A DNA stretch of 64,000 nucleotides, taken from the NCBI GenBank assembly GCA_964016885.1, contig OZ024751.1:5704001-5768000 (forward strand), read 5' to 3'. The translations under genes were made by a program, and so were the position numbers. Shown piece after piece: positions 26,434 through 40,216 of the stretch. This DNA comes from Eledone cirrhosa. Its lineage: Eukaryota. The notes beneath the pieces were generated by a model that did no database searches, had not been told where the DNA came from, and worked only from the letters and a program-made list of their open reading frames with translations. How positions within the stretch are numbered: position 1 is the stretch's first letter; each line of letters opens with the position of its first letter.

Positions 26434-28257
26434 TGTGGAATTTTTCAGGGTGACTCTTTATCACCGCTTTTATTCTGCATCGCACTTATACCATTAAGTA
26501 AAATGCTCAATGAAACAAAACATGGATATAAAGACTATGACAAAACCATTAATCACCTGTTCTACATGGATGACCTGAAACTATTTGCAAAAAATGATGA
26601 ACAATTGCAAGGGCTATTATCCACTGTGGAGCAGTTCATTGATGACATTAAAATGGAGTTTGGACTAGATAAATGCGCTAAAGCAACGTTCACCAGAGGA
26701 AAGCTGCTGAAGAGTTCAGACATTAATCTTGATCGGGGGAACGTGATAAGAGAACTTGATCAAGAAAAAACTTACAAATATCTAGGTGTTTGTGAAGGAG
26801 ACGGAATCAAGCACTCGACAATGAGGGAAAGGATAAGGAAGGAATATTACCGCAGAGTAAGAGCAATCTTAAGAACGGAATTGAATGCAAGGAATAGGAT
26901 CGATGCCATAAACACGCTTGCCATACCAGTAGTAACCTACAGTTACAATGTCATCAACTGGTCAAGCACAGAGATCCGTAGGCTCGATACAAAAATTCGA
27001 AAATTCTTAACCATGCACAGAATGCATCACCCTAAGGCAGATATAGATAGAATATATCTCCCTAGGAAAGAAGAAGGACGTGGGTTAATCCAGTTAGACA
27101 TTGCGTTGAAAACTGCAACAATTGGATTATCTACATATCTAAGGGAATCACATGATTGGATGTCAAACTCGTTTTGAAACACGAAAGCATCAAAAGATCA
27201 TATTCCATTACAAAAGATGCACAAAGATACAGTAATGGACTACAAATTTCAGAAGTCCCATTTACTGCTGAAAGTCCCATTTACACAGAAAAAGCAAAGC
27301 AGGTAAAAGTAACTGCAAAGAAAGAACTGCGACAGAAACTGGCTAAGAAATGGCAAGAAAAGCCTCTGTATGGAAAATACCCAGAGCGAGCTAACAATCC
27401 TGATGTTGACAAAACTTTAACCCATCAGTGGTTGGCATCCTCTGGACTGAAATCGGAGACTGAAGGACTGATTATATCAGCACAAGATCAGTGTCTGCCA
27501 ACAAAAAATTACCAATCCAACATAATAAAAAATGGGTGCAGCCCATTATGCCGTGTATGCAAAAAACAACCAGAGACCATTGACCATATAATTTCAATGT
27601 GCAGTCCTATAGCTCAAACCGAATACCTAAACAGGCATGACAGAGCTGCACAATACATACATTGGATAATGTGTAAGCATTTTGACCTGCCCCATCAAAA
27701 GAATTGGTGGTAGCATCAACCACCTCCCATACTTGAAAAAGATCACATCTCAATCTTGTGGAACTTTAGCATCCAAACAGACCGAAAAATAGACGCAAAT
27801 AGACCTGATATAATATTGAAGGACTTTCAAAAGAGGGTATGCCTGCTAATTGATATGTCTGTTCCAATAGACAAGAATGTATCTATAAAAACATTTGAAA
27901 AATTGAGCAAGTATAAGGACCTGGAGATAGAAATTGGAAAAATGTGGAAATTGAGAACTAAAACAATACCAGTGGTTGTAGGCGCTCTGGTAATGATACC
28001 TAAGGGATCTAATGATTACATATCGCAAATCCCAGGAAACCCGCTATAGGAGAAATACAAAAGATAGTACTAATGGGAACTGCCCATATACTAAGGAAGA
28101 TTCTGTCAATATAAGTACATCACAAGACTAAACACTAAAGATGCATGTGTGAATATGTATGTTCTTTCTTGAACATGGCGGACCTTGTTGTCTCTTGAGG
28201 TCACTGGTTGTGACTTGGTGACAACTCGTATGAACATAAAGCAAGATAAATGCAACC

Positions 28258-28290
<33 letters not shown>
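26431..28290 (+). mobile_element. R4/Dong LINE, family B copy 2
   Basis: Near-identical to 24566-26433; (TAA)n on both sides. Confidence 0.92.
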
Positions 28291-28291
<1 letters not shown>

Positions 28292-29259
28292 GGGAAGAAG
28301 ACGCACGAGGTGGTAGAAGATCATGAAATCGCTCCCGTAAATTTTTGATTTTTAACATATTTAAATCAATTGTGAAATAACAATTCTTAGTACAAATGTT
28401 TCATAAACCACCGAATGAAGTCCCATAAAATTTCGGATCCATATTATATTGTTATATCGCTCAAATATTCAATTTTGTATTATATATTTCGTATTCAAAA
28501 AAAGAAAATTGTTATAAATGGAAGAAAACACCCTCTGTCTACACTATATAGAACAGCTAAATAACAGCAATTTCACCAACACCAGAAACTTGATACACCA
28601 CCTATCCCATCACACTATATATAACAGCCAGATAACGGCAATTTCACCACCACCACCATCAATCCCAGCATCATAATAATAATTACTATTATTATTGTCT
28701 CAAGTTTTAACAAAATGTATAATCCCAATTTTACGGGAATATGTCAACACAATATATATTAAACATACGAACACAAACTCATAGATACTACATCACAAAA
28801 CTCAGTAATGAAAATGCCACCGCCGCCATCACCCCATCCATCATTGCAAGCCTAGCCCATCACAGCCGCCACCACTCCTTCATTGCTACCACCACTATTC
28901 CCCTGTTAACTTGAGAGAGAAAGGGGCAGGTGGCGGTATCACTAGACAAGGGAGAGGCTAGCCAAAGATATAAATAGATTGACTTAGTGACCTGGCCACC
29001 GGCCAAACGTCAACATCAACAACTATGGGACTGCTGGCTCACCCCTTCCTCACCAACAATATAAAAAGCCCCGGGACCACCACCGACATAGCCAACAACA
29101 ATAACAGGCAACTACAGCAAAAAGTATATTATATTATTGTAATGCACTGGGTGATTGCTGGCCTTGTGCCTGGAGTGGAGACAATCATTAATAATTTCAT
29201 TCTTAAGCCACGCAATGCTCACATTAAGGAACCACTCATGACAATAACAATTTTAAAAA

Positions 29260-29664
29260 AACAACAAAAAGAAAACCCCGTGACCAAGAAATACCGGGAT
29301 GGCGGCCGGCGGAGAATAGCCGTGTCTCTAGGGGAGAAGGACCCCTCTAGTCTTGGTTGACACTCGTTCTAAAAGTGGTAACACGAAATGATTACCCCTT
29401 GGGGGATAAGGATAAAACGCGACAAAATAAAGTAAATGTCTAATGATAAAATCTCATACCGGATCGGCCGTCACCCGGGTAAAAAAGGGCCGCGTCCCTC
29501 AGATAGGAACCAGACTGGGGTCGAAAAATCAGCTAATGGTTCAAACCTTCCCATCACTTCGGAGCTGGAGACCTCCCATAACCGGAATACTCCTACTGTT
29601 GGCCCTCCATGCTCACCACCAAGAAATCCAACTGTAATATTAATAATAATAATAATAATAATAA
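29260..29664 (+). mobile_element. Putative 5' end of an R4/Dong element joined directly to a family-B-type tail
   Basis: GC-rich structured leader, ATG at 29436, ends AAATCCAACTGTAAT(TAA)n like family B AAATGCAACTGTAAT(AAT)n. Confidence 0.45.
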
Positions 29665-31311
29665 TCCTTGGGAGGCGTGAAGATCAAGAGAGGTATCTTC
29701 CAGGGAGATAGTTTGTCCCCTCTGTTGTTTGTCCTTGTCCTGATGCACCTGACCATTATACTGCGAAAAGTGAGAGCAGGATACAAGTTGGGAACGGTAG
29801 AGCTTACCATCAACCACCTCCTCTTCATGGACGATCTTAAGCTCATCGGGAAGAGTGAGTAGGAGTTGGATCTGCTTGTTGACACTGTTCGGATTTTCAC
29901 CAATGATATATGTATGCAATTTGGTATTAGTAAGTGTGGAGTCCTTGTGATGAAGAGGGGTAAATTGAGCAGAAGCAACGGAATCCAGGTACCAACAGGT
30001 GAGATGATAAAGGAAATTGACACTGAAGAAGGATACAATTATCTGGGTGTTATGGAGGCTGATGACATCAAGAACAAAAAAATGAAGGAATTGATAAGAT
30101 CTGAATACATTCGGAGAGTAAGGAGCGTATTAAAGTCACATCTGAACAGTAGGAATGCCATAAGTGCAGAAAATTCCCGAGCTGTGTCTATTATTAGGTA
30201 CAGTGCGGGAATCCTGAGATGGAATGTTGCTGAACAAAAACAAATGGATAGGAAGACTAGGAAGCTATTGACTATCTACAACATATTCCACAAGAGGAGT
30301 GATGTCGATAGACTCTACTTAAGGAGAACTGAATGTGGAAGAGGTCTTATCAGCATAGAGGACTGTGTTCAGATGGAGAAAAACAACCTACACAAATACG
30401 TGACTGATAGTAGGGAACCAATGCTCAGAATTGTACTGAAGGAGAGGACAATAAACCAAGGGATGTCCAAGGAGGAAATAACAACAAGGAGGAAGAGTAG
30501 CCTTCATGAAAAATCCCTTCATATTACCTTCTTTGAGAAAACTGAATTCAGAGATCCACAGACATGGAACTGGTTGAAAAGAGGAGACTTTAAAAAGGCT
30601 ACAGAAGGAATGCTAATGGCTGCGCAAGAGCAGGCCCTCAAAACGAAGTGGTTGAAACACCATATTTACAAGGAGGAGGCTAGCCTACTGTGCAGGATCT
30701 GTGGAGAGAGAGAGGAGACTGTCTCCCATTGTATCCGAGTGTAAACACCTAGCCTAGATTCACTATAAAGGGTGGAGACATGATGTGACGGGCAGGGTGA
30801 TCCACTGGCACCTATACAAAGTAAACAATTTACCACATTCTGAGAAGTAGTATGAGCAAAAGCCAGAGTCGGTGATAGAAATCGATCAGGTGAAGGTGCT
30901 GTAGAATTGACCTGACCTGGTGGTTGTGAACAAAAAAAAAAGATCGTGCCTGATTGTGGATGTGGCCTGCCCATTCGACACGAGAGTGCAAAAGAAGGAG
31001 AGGTAGAAAATTAACCGATACCAGGACTTAAAGTGGGAGGTAAAAAGGATTTGGAACTGCCATGAAGTCAAAGTGATCCCGATTGTCATAGGCGCACTAA
31101 GGGCTATCTCAAAAAGTTTCCAGGGATGGCTAAAGAAAATTGGCCCCTTCACGCTTTTTGGAACGCTTCAAAAGGCATGCTTGCTGGGAACAGCAAGAAC
31201 CCTCCGATACGTCCTGAATATCTGAGGCTGCAGGTAGTGGCTTGATATTCATTTCAACAAACTTTCCAGTTAACTAACACCATTGACTGAGACTCAAAGA
31301 GTAATAACAAC

Positions 31312-31345
<34 letters not shown>
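29665..31345 (+). mobile_element. R4/Dong LINE, family A copy 2 with 3' UTR and (TAA)n tail
   Basis: Homologous to 22697-24282, with stop TGA, UTR and tail. Confidence 0.9.
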
Positions 31346-31346
<1 letters not shown>

Positions 31347-32759
31347 GAAGAAGAAGAAGAAGAAGGAGAAGAAGGAGTTAAGTCATTCACAGAAACGGCT
31401 CAGATTTGACTCACAAATGTGAGGTCTTCTATTGCTCTGTATTTTCTGTCTCTTCTCTGATTGTCGATATCCAGGCAAACACTCTTCGCTCATCAACCCT
31501 GTTGATGAATTTCTTAAAATACGTACTAGACACTTTTTGGTGTCAAATTAAACCGCCTCTCTCCGAAATTAACTTGTTTCGGTGAACCGTTTCGTTTTTG
31601 TATTAAAGGGAAACCGTCATATAACACAGAAACACACAAAAGCATACACTATCATTTTACAGAGATACTTTACAAAATACTTTAGTAAAACCGTAATATA
31701 ATTCAAGATCTTCAATATTCCTAACATTGTGTTTTTAACAATTATTACTGTTTTACGTTTTGTAAAAACTATGAATGAAAATTCCTCGCACAAACGTTTT
31801 CATAATCATATTCTCATATAATGCCTGAAGATTGGCACGAGGAGAACCCCCCCCCCAAAAAAAAAAACGACAACTACAACAACAAAAAACAAGAAAAACA
31901 AACGAAAGTAGAATATAAAGTAACAGTATTCCGTAGAATTCGTTATTTCTCTGAAGAGCTTTTGAAATATAATTATAAGAAGCCATACATACAATAATAA
32001 TTATTTTTATATTATTTTTTACATTTAGCAGTTGTTCTGACGGAAAAATTGCAACAGCATAGTGCTGCAAGGTAAACTTATATATTATTAAAAACAGATC
32101 CACAAAAACAAAACACGTGAAGAAACAATTTATGCCGCATAATAAGAATGAAAAACATCAAATAAAATAAGGTGAGTTCCCAAGCGTCTACAAATTAGAA
32201 CTAAAAAAGGCAAAATATGAATATAGTGCAAATTAATTAGATGAGCCCTGAATTTCAATCAACTTTTTTAAATGAAACAATACAATAGAGAAGAAGTGGG
32301 TCAATTTAGTTTTTTAAAATAATCCGGGATATTGTAATACCAGGAGTATATCGACAGTAGGCATTAGACTATGGCAGACTATGTTAGCCCTTAATTCTAA
32401 ATATAGTTGTTGTGCTTAGACTTTAAAGATTTACTGAAATATTAAATGAAATACATTATAGAAATGACAAAAAGATAATTTACTAATTATATTACTGTAG
32501 GCCTTCGAGATAGAGTGTATTATCAGTCATATTGAAATAAATGTATCATAAGAACATTCACAGGTTTCATGATTGGTGACAAATACTATAACATAAATAC
32601 CACCTCTCTCTCTTTCTCATACACACACTCACGCAAGTATATATATAACTTTTATCTCTACCAAAACACAGCACCGTATCTGCTATTAACTAAATGTGTG
32701 CATTCTGAACAGCCGACTGCAATTCGGTAGATTCATTGAGTGAGCTGGAGAACGTTGAC

Positions 32760-32943
32760 TTAATACCAGCGATCATCGGTAGACGGTTGGACGCCATGCT
32801 TTCTAGCATAGTTACGTCCCTTTACAGTCTAAGTTCAAATCCCGCCGAGGTTAACTTTGCCTTTCATCCTTACGGGGTCGATAAAATAAAGTACCAGTAA
32901 TGTACTGAATAATTGCTGGCCTTGTGCCTAAAGTAGAAACAAT
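32760..32943 (+). mobile_element. SINE
   Basis: B box AAGTTCAAATCCC, core and tail as at 10642. Confidence 0.85.
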
Positions 32944-32960
32944 TAATTATATATATATAT

Positions 32961-33355
32961 ATACAATGAATATATGAGAGGTATGAACACTGATACAAGT
33001 ATACATGTGTTCGCATTGCAAATGACTAAGTTAGCTAGGTAGAAAATTACTAATTTAAAATAATATGGTTTGCCTGTCTCGATTTAAGATAAATCAATAA
33101 TAATAAAAATAACAAACCTATATTGGCAATAGCCGTGATACCCGGAGAGATTTTAAAATTTAAAATCTGTCCGGGTATCACGGCTATTGCCAATATAAGT
33201 TTGTTATTTTTATTTTTATTGATTTATCTTAAATCGAGACAGGCAAACCATATTATTTTAAATTAGTAATTTTCTACCTAGCTAACTTAGTCATTTGCAA
33301 TGCGAACACATGTATACTTGTATCAGTGTTCATACCTCTCATATATTCATTGTAT
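32961..33355. repeat. 395-bp near-perfect palindrome
   Basis: Arms symmetric about A33158 with about 3 mismatches. Confidence 0.95.
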
Positions 33356-33424
33356 TACACGGCTCAGAAATATTCCCTTCTTTGACCTATTTAATTGTAA
33401 AAGAGTATTTTGAGTTTATAACTA

Positions 33425-33473
<49 letters not shown>

Positions 33474-33549
33474 CGAAGGAAATGGGGTAAGGAACCAGGT
33501 GGACCATAACGCACCAAAGTACTCAATACTTAGGGTATTAGAGTGGGTA

Positions 33550-33660
33550 ATAGGAACAAGTAAGACCCCGACGGCTAGGCTCAAGCCGTTTCGACGGCTA
33601 ATTCCGAATAAACCGTCGAAACGGCTTGAGCTCAGCCGTCGGGGTCTTACTTGTTCCTAT
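33550..33660. repeat. Fold-back of a PLE 3' terminus (family of 49630-49683)
   Basis: ATAGGAACAAGTAAGACCCCGACGGCT...AGCCGTCGGGGTCTTACTTGTTCCTAT. Confidence 0.85.
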
Positions 33661-33663
33661 ATA

Positions 33664-33778
<115 letters not shown>

Positions 33779-33802
33779 GTATATAAATATATATATATAT
33801 AT

Positions 33803-33896
<94 letters not shown>

Positions 33897-34297
33897 GTAT
33901 ATAATATAAAACGAAAAATCAGTGATGCATCTGGACTCAATTTATTGTGTGTTACAATTGTTTCGGCGGCAGACGGCTCGAGACACGATCATTGTATGGA
34001 TATGTCTGATTCTAGAACTGCAGGTTCGTCGGACACTTCCAATGATTTCGGAACAAATTTTCTCACTGGGGTTTTAGTGTCAAAAAACATCTTCCTCGCT
34101 TGTCCTGATGTTGGCTGTTGATTTTCTACGTCATCATAAATTCTGGCCAATAATTGCTCCCATACAGTTCATCAGCTACTCTCCGTCCGACAGACTTCAA
34201 TGAATTCATGCTGGGTTCGGTATTTCACAAGTCACTCACACACACATACACACACATATATATACATATATACATACACATACACACACACGCGCAC

Positions 34298-34382
<85 letters not shown>

Positions 34383-34557
34383 CATACGCACACATGTACA
34401 TATACACACCCATATACACACACACTCTCTCATATACACACACACGCCCACGACCATATAACTAACAACCTACGCGTCCACAGGCGCCTGCCTACATGCC
34501 CTCGTACATACACACGCTTGTCCGTACAAAGAGGCACAAAGACAGACAGGCTTCCAA

Positions 34558-34588
<31 letters not shown>

Positions 34589-34656
34589 TATATATCTCTA
34601 TATATATACATTTGTGTATATATACACACACATAAACGTATTCAGCCACAATCCCT

Positions 34657-37165
34657 AACCATAAGCATGGAATAATGCCAGGATTTACTTGTGCCCCTCG
34701 GACAAAACTGGTAATATATACATGCTCGACCATTTTACATACAACGACTGCATAGGGAAAGAGATTAGGAAAAATTACAGGACCATAGGACAGGACAACT
34801 TAGATAATATTAACGCCACGACCAAAAACATAATGACCAGGCTAGGAATAGATGATAGGACCGAATTATATGTACCTAGAAAACCTCGGATATCTATTAA
34901 GGATCATTAATTAGACTTTAGAAATAATCTACCGGTTAGGTTAATAGCACCCTCGAAATCCGACATAGGTAGGACCAGCAAGATTATCATAGACAGGATA
35001 CTTCCGGTACTTAGAAACAAAACTAGGCTTAGCTTATGGACCTCCAATAAGGAGGTAATTGACTGGTTCTCGTTAATAGGTAACAAGCAGCAGGTACATT
35101 TTATTCAATTAGACATAGATAATTACTACGCGTCAGTATCACCTGTAATAGTGAATAAGGCCCTCATAAACGCCATGGCCAAGTCAAACCTCACTAGGGA
35201 GGACGCTAACCTCACAGTAGCAGCTAGAAAGACGCTAATTAGATTCGAAGACAAGTTATGGGAGAGGAAAGACAGACCCGACAGTTTCGATATCACTATG
35301 GGGTCGAGCGACTCGGCGCAGGTGACCTATCTGGTGGGGATCTATCTCCTCCATAGTTTAGAGGAGGAGATCCCATGGATCGGCGGAGGAATATACAGAG
35401 ACGACGCACTTTTCACTTTCCGTTCCCTAAACCCCAGCCAGATGGAGTGTATGAAGAAGCGCATAGCACATTTTTTTAAGCAACACGGCTTATTCGTGAC
35501 AATAGATCCTAGCACTAAGACGGTGAATTTCCTGGACGTTACCCTGGAAATAAATACAGGCATCCACAGGCCTTATCACAAGCCCAAATGAGAACCTGCA
35601 ATATGTGAACAGGCAATCAAACCACCCCAGGTCAGTCATAGAAGCAATAGTTAAAGGGGTATCAAAACGCGTATCCACCCTGTCGGCCAACGCAGACGTG
35701 TTTAAACAGCACGCCGAATATTATAATGAGGCACTGCGCAGGGCCGGTTACACAGATAGAATAGTGTACACCCCTGACAGGGAAGAATCTAGCGCCGAGG
35801 CATGCAGATACGGCAATAGCGGGGGCACTTCCATACGTAGAAAAAATGACCCGGTACTAGTCTCTAAGAACACGAGTAGCAACACAGTTCAACTTAATGA
35901 TACAGGACCGACAGTAGGACGGATGAAAGTACGCATGGGAGCTAGACCACCAAGTACACGTAGGCATGCGCCTGGCACGCACACTACATGTATCGCGGTA
36001 AATGGGACTAGGGACAGGGTATCGACACGTACGACCGTGGCACCCGATAGAGAGAGCACCCGATCTGGTATTAGTGGTATAGCCCCGACAGACGCATCAC
36101 ATAACTTTAAAGTGACTAACTGTAGAACCAACAATGTAGAACGGAATACCTTAGTAAGGGATAGGCCCAAACTTGACGCCCACGGCGGGCACACAAATAG
36201 AGACGACATAGGAGACGTAATTATGGGTGGGAAAAACCCAAGACGGACATCAGACCCAGGGCACACTCACACGACTACACACACACGCGAAAGAGCAAGA
36301 CTAGATATAAGGCCGTTACATGGTTTAACGCGCCATACTCTAAGCATGTACACAGGGCTTTTTTTCCAAGCGTTAGACGAATGCTTCCCGCCGTAAAACA
36401 AATACCACAAAATTTACAACCGCCACACGGTGAAGTTTTCCTTCTCCACAGCACCTACCATGGCCGACTACATGGCCCAAACCAACGCAGTAAAGATGGG
36501 GAACATCGACCGTCAATCGCGGCGGCAGAACGACCGTCTGTCGAAGCGTGGAAGACCCCTCGGGGACCGGCCTTCAAATAATTACCCGGCCCCCGAGGCG
36601 GCCGCCACGCCCGGGGAAGGCGATACAATCCAACGCCAGGTGGGAACGAGTGGCGAAGACGAGATCACCATGCCGGTGGAACAACACCCTGAGAATCGTG
36701 AGAGGGCCATAGCAGATCGAGGGCCAGGCGTCCGAAGCGAACAAGATAACAACAGAACTTGTAACTGAAGAGCGGGAACCCAGTGCCCCTACAGGGAAAA
36801 TTCCTGACGAAGGGCCTGATACGCAAATGTGTGGTTAGCCCCCACAATGTAAAGCGCACCTACATGGGCGCAACATCCACGACCTTTAAATCGCGGATGT
36901 ATAACCACACGAGCTCCTTCAAGGACCGAAGCAAGAGGCACTCCACTAACCTAGCGGACCTGGTGTGGGACCTGAAAGACAAAGACACCCCGTACGCCCT
37001 TGACTGGAGTATCGTTCGGAACACCAATGCATACTCGGCTGGAAGTAGAAAATGTAGCCTATGCTTATACGAGGCCATGGAAATAGTTAGACTGAAGGAT
37101 GATGCGGTCAACCTGAAATCAGAAATTCTCATGACCTGCAGACACCAGAAAAGGTGCACACCCTC
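34657..37165 (+). pseudogene. PLE RT plus C-terminal GIY-YIG endonuclease (disrupted)
   Basis: ISIKDH, FDITMGSSDSAQ, IYRDD, VNFLDVTL, SNHP, CN*RAGTQCPL (CxCx5C), YMGAT..FKSRMYNH, KCSLCLYE, NLKSE..CRH. Confidence 0.85.
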
Positions 37166-37615
37166 CGCACACAGACCTAAGTGTGCACCTTATACTCCCC
37201 ATATGTACTATATTACACGCATACACATACCTTCTCCTTTCTCCTCTCTTTTTTTTTATATATCTCTATGTGACATGATATGCATATTTTAATATATTGT
37301 ATATCTATTTTATTGTTTTATATGTGTGTATATGCGCAGGCGTGTGTGTATGTGTGTGTATATATATATATGTGTATATACATGTGTGTGTATATAGATA
37401 TATATGTGTATATATATATATGTATATGTATATATATATGTGTATATATATATATATGTGTGTGTGTATTTGTATGTGTATATGTATATGTTACGTGAAT
37501 GTGTGTGGATGTATTGTATTTTACTGTATATTTATTTTTTATATATTTATTTTATTGTTTTTATATGTGTATATGCGTAAGCGTATGTGTGTGTGTGTAT
37601 ATATATATGTGTTTA

Positions 37616-37658
<43 letters not shown>

Positions 37659-37776
37659 GTGTGTATATATATATGTATATATGTGTATATGTATATATGT
37701 ATGTATATGTGTGTGTGTATGTAGATATATATATATGTACATATATATATATATATATGTGTATATATGTATGTAT

Positions 37777-37861
<85 letters not shown>

Positions 37862-38008
37862 GTGAATGTGTATGGATGTATGTATATGATTATAATGATT
37901 ATATCTGTGCATGTTTAGTACGAGATACATATTTTAATGTATGACGTTAGATGTATATTTTCTTATATTGTAGTTTTTTTATTGATGTGTATGTATGCGT
38001 GTGTATGT

Positions 38009-38090
<82 letters not shown>

Positions 38091-38746
38091 GTACATACAC
38101 ACGCATACATATATATATGGGTGTGTATGTGTGTGTATATATATATAAAATGTACGTCAATACTCATCTCTTTTCATTTCTCCGAGGGTTCTTAACCCCA
38201 ATATCAGGCTAAATAATTTCTTTAATTTCTTTAGTCAAAATACGGAGATAGCTTACATTTCTAATAATATATATATATATATTCGTTAGTTAAGCAAACT
38301 TGTGGTCTTGTTTTGCTTAACTAATGAATATTTCCAGATCTGCACACCTAACTTCTGCATGAACCCAGCCACCTAGCTGCTTTCTACTGCATATTGCACA
38401 TTGAGCACATGCCTTTACGCTTTGGCTTCTAACTAATTCACCAATCTCTCCTCTCATATCTCCTCTCCTATCTCCATCTCTCTCTTTAAGATCGGTTACT
38501 CTTGAACTGTGTATATATATATATACGGTATATTTAGTCGATTTCTACATGCTGTTGAAATGTTGGGTACATATTCTATTGCAGTCGGCCGCGAAGAGGC
38601 TGCTGTCGTTTATTTATCAAATATTTCATAATAGGAGCCTTTAATCTTATAGGCTGGTTTAATTGATTTTTTATGTGGTTAATTATGCTAATTGGGAGAG
38701 GAAATGGTGTATATAATTTATCAAATGATTCTATTGACATACTTTA

Positions 38747-38826
<80 letters not shown>

Positions 38827-38851
38827 ATATATGTGTGTATATGTATGTGTA

Positions 38852-38882
<31 letters not shown>

Positions 38883-39971
38883 ATATATATGTATATATAT
38901 ATATACATATATATGTATATAATTTCATTTATCTTTTTATTTTTCTATTTACTTGTTTATTTATTTATATGTGTGTATGCACGCTTGTATGTATGTGTAT
39001 GGACATATGTATTTGGTTACATTGTTTATACTCGTGCATGTATAACAGGATGCATCCTTTCATGGATAACCCTTTATGACCTTTTGTACAGATTTATATG
39101 ACTGTGAGTATATCACATTTGAGTACGAACAGAGATATGTGTGTGAGTGTATGTATCTTTGTGGATGTACGTGGGCACGGAGGTATGTGGGCGCGTATTT
39201 GTTTGAATTTATATGAGCCAGTGTGTGTGTGCGTGGGTGGGGTGGGGGGTACGTGCACCTAAAACAGGCTAAGGGATTATGGGTGAGTACGTTTATGTGT
39301 GTGTACATATACACATATGTATATATATATGGATATATATGTATGTGTGTGTGTGTGTGTTTGGAAGCGTGTCTGTCTTTGTGCCTCTTTGTACGGACAG
39401 GCGTGTGTATGTGCGTGTGCGTGTCTATGTAGATGTATGTACGTGTTTGTGTATATGAGTAGATGTACGCGACGCATGTGTGTCCTTGTATGCGTGTGCG
39501 TGTGTGTGTGTTTGCGCGCGTGCGTGCGTGTGAGAGCTGATGTACGAGGGCATGTAGGTAGGCGCCTGTGGATGCGTATGTTGTTAGTTATATGGTCGCG
39601 GGCGTGTGTGTATATGAGAGAGTGTGTGTGTATATGTATATGAGTGTGTATATGTACATGTGTTCGAATGTATATATATATATATATATATGTTTATATG
39701 TATGTGTGCGCGTGTGTGTGTATGTGTATATATATGTGTGTGTATGTGTATGTGTGTGTATATGTGTGTGTGAGTGACTTGTGAAATACCAAACCCAGCA
39801 TGAATTCATTGAAGTGTGTCGTACGGAGAGTAGCTGATGAACTGTATGGCAGCAATTATTGGCCAGAATTTATGATGACGTAGAAAAACAATAGCGAACA
39901 TCAGGACAAGCGAGGAAAATGTCTTTTGAAGCTAAACACCCAGTGAGAAATTTGTTCCGAAATTATTGGAA

Positions 39972-40059
39972 GTGCCCGACGAACTTGCAGTTCTAGAATC
40001 AGACAGATCCATACAATGATCGTGTCTCGAGCCGTCTGCCGGCGAAATAATTGTAACAC
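39972..40059 (+). ncRNA. Variant hammerhead-like motif (CCGACGA core, enlarged stem II); mirror at 33949-34036 (-)
   Basis: GTGT-CCGACGA-ACCTGCAG..~45 nt..CTGCCGGC-GAAACAATTGTA-ACAC as a consensus of three copies. Confidence 0.45.
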
Positions 40060-40180
40060 ACAATAAATTGAGTCCAGATGCATCACTGATTTTTCGTTTT
40101 ATATTATATTACACTGTGCTCTGTAAGAACATAGAGTGTTCAACTGGCACACCGCCTATGGAAGCATCATAGCTGCCATT

Positions 40181-40216
<36 letters not shown>

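Larger units (their letters stand above)
33902..40182 (+). mobile_element. Hydra-like Penelope element with inverted 5' copy of its 3' terminus
   Basis: 33902-34656 is the reverse complement of ~39272-40108; RT and GIY-YIG lie between; embedded in (TA)n. Confidence 0.85.

Noticed and set aside
31416-31500. Minus-strand exon ending at a gtgagt donor
   Set aside because: Weak acceptor, phase does not fit the other candidates, unrecognised peptide
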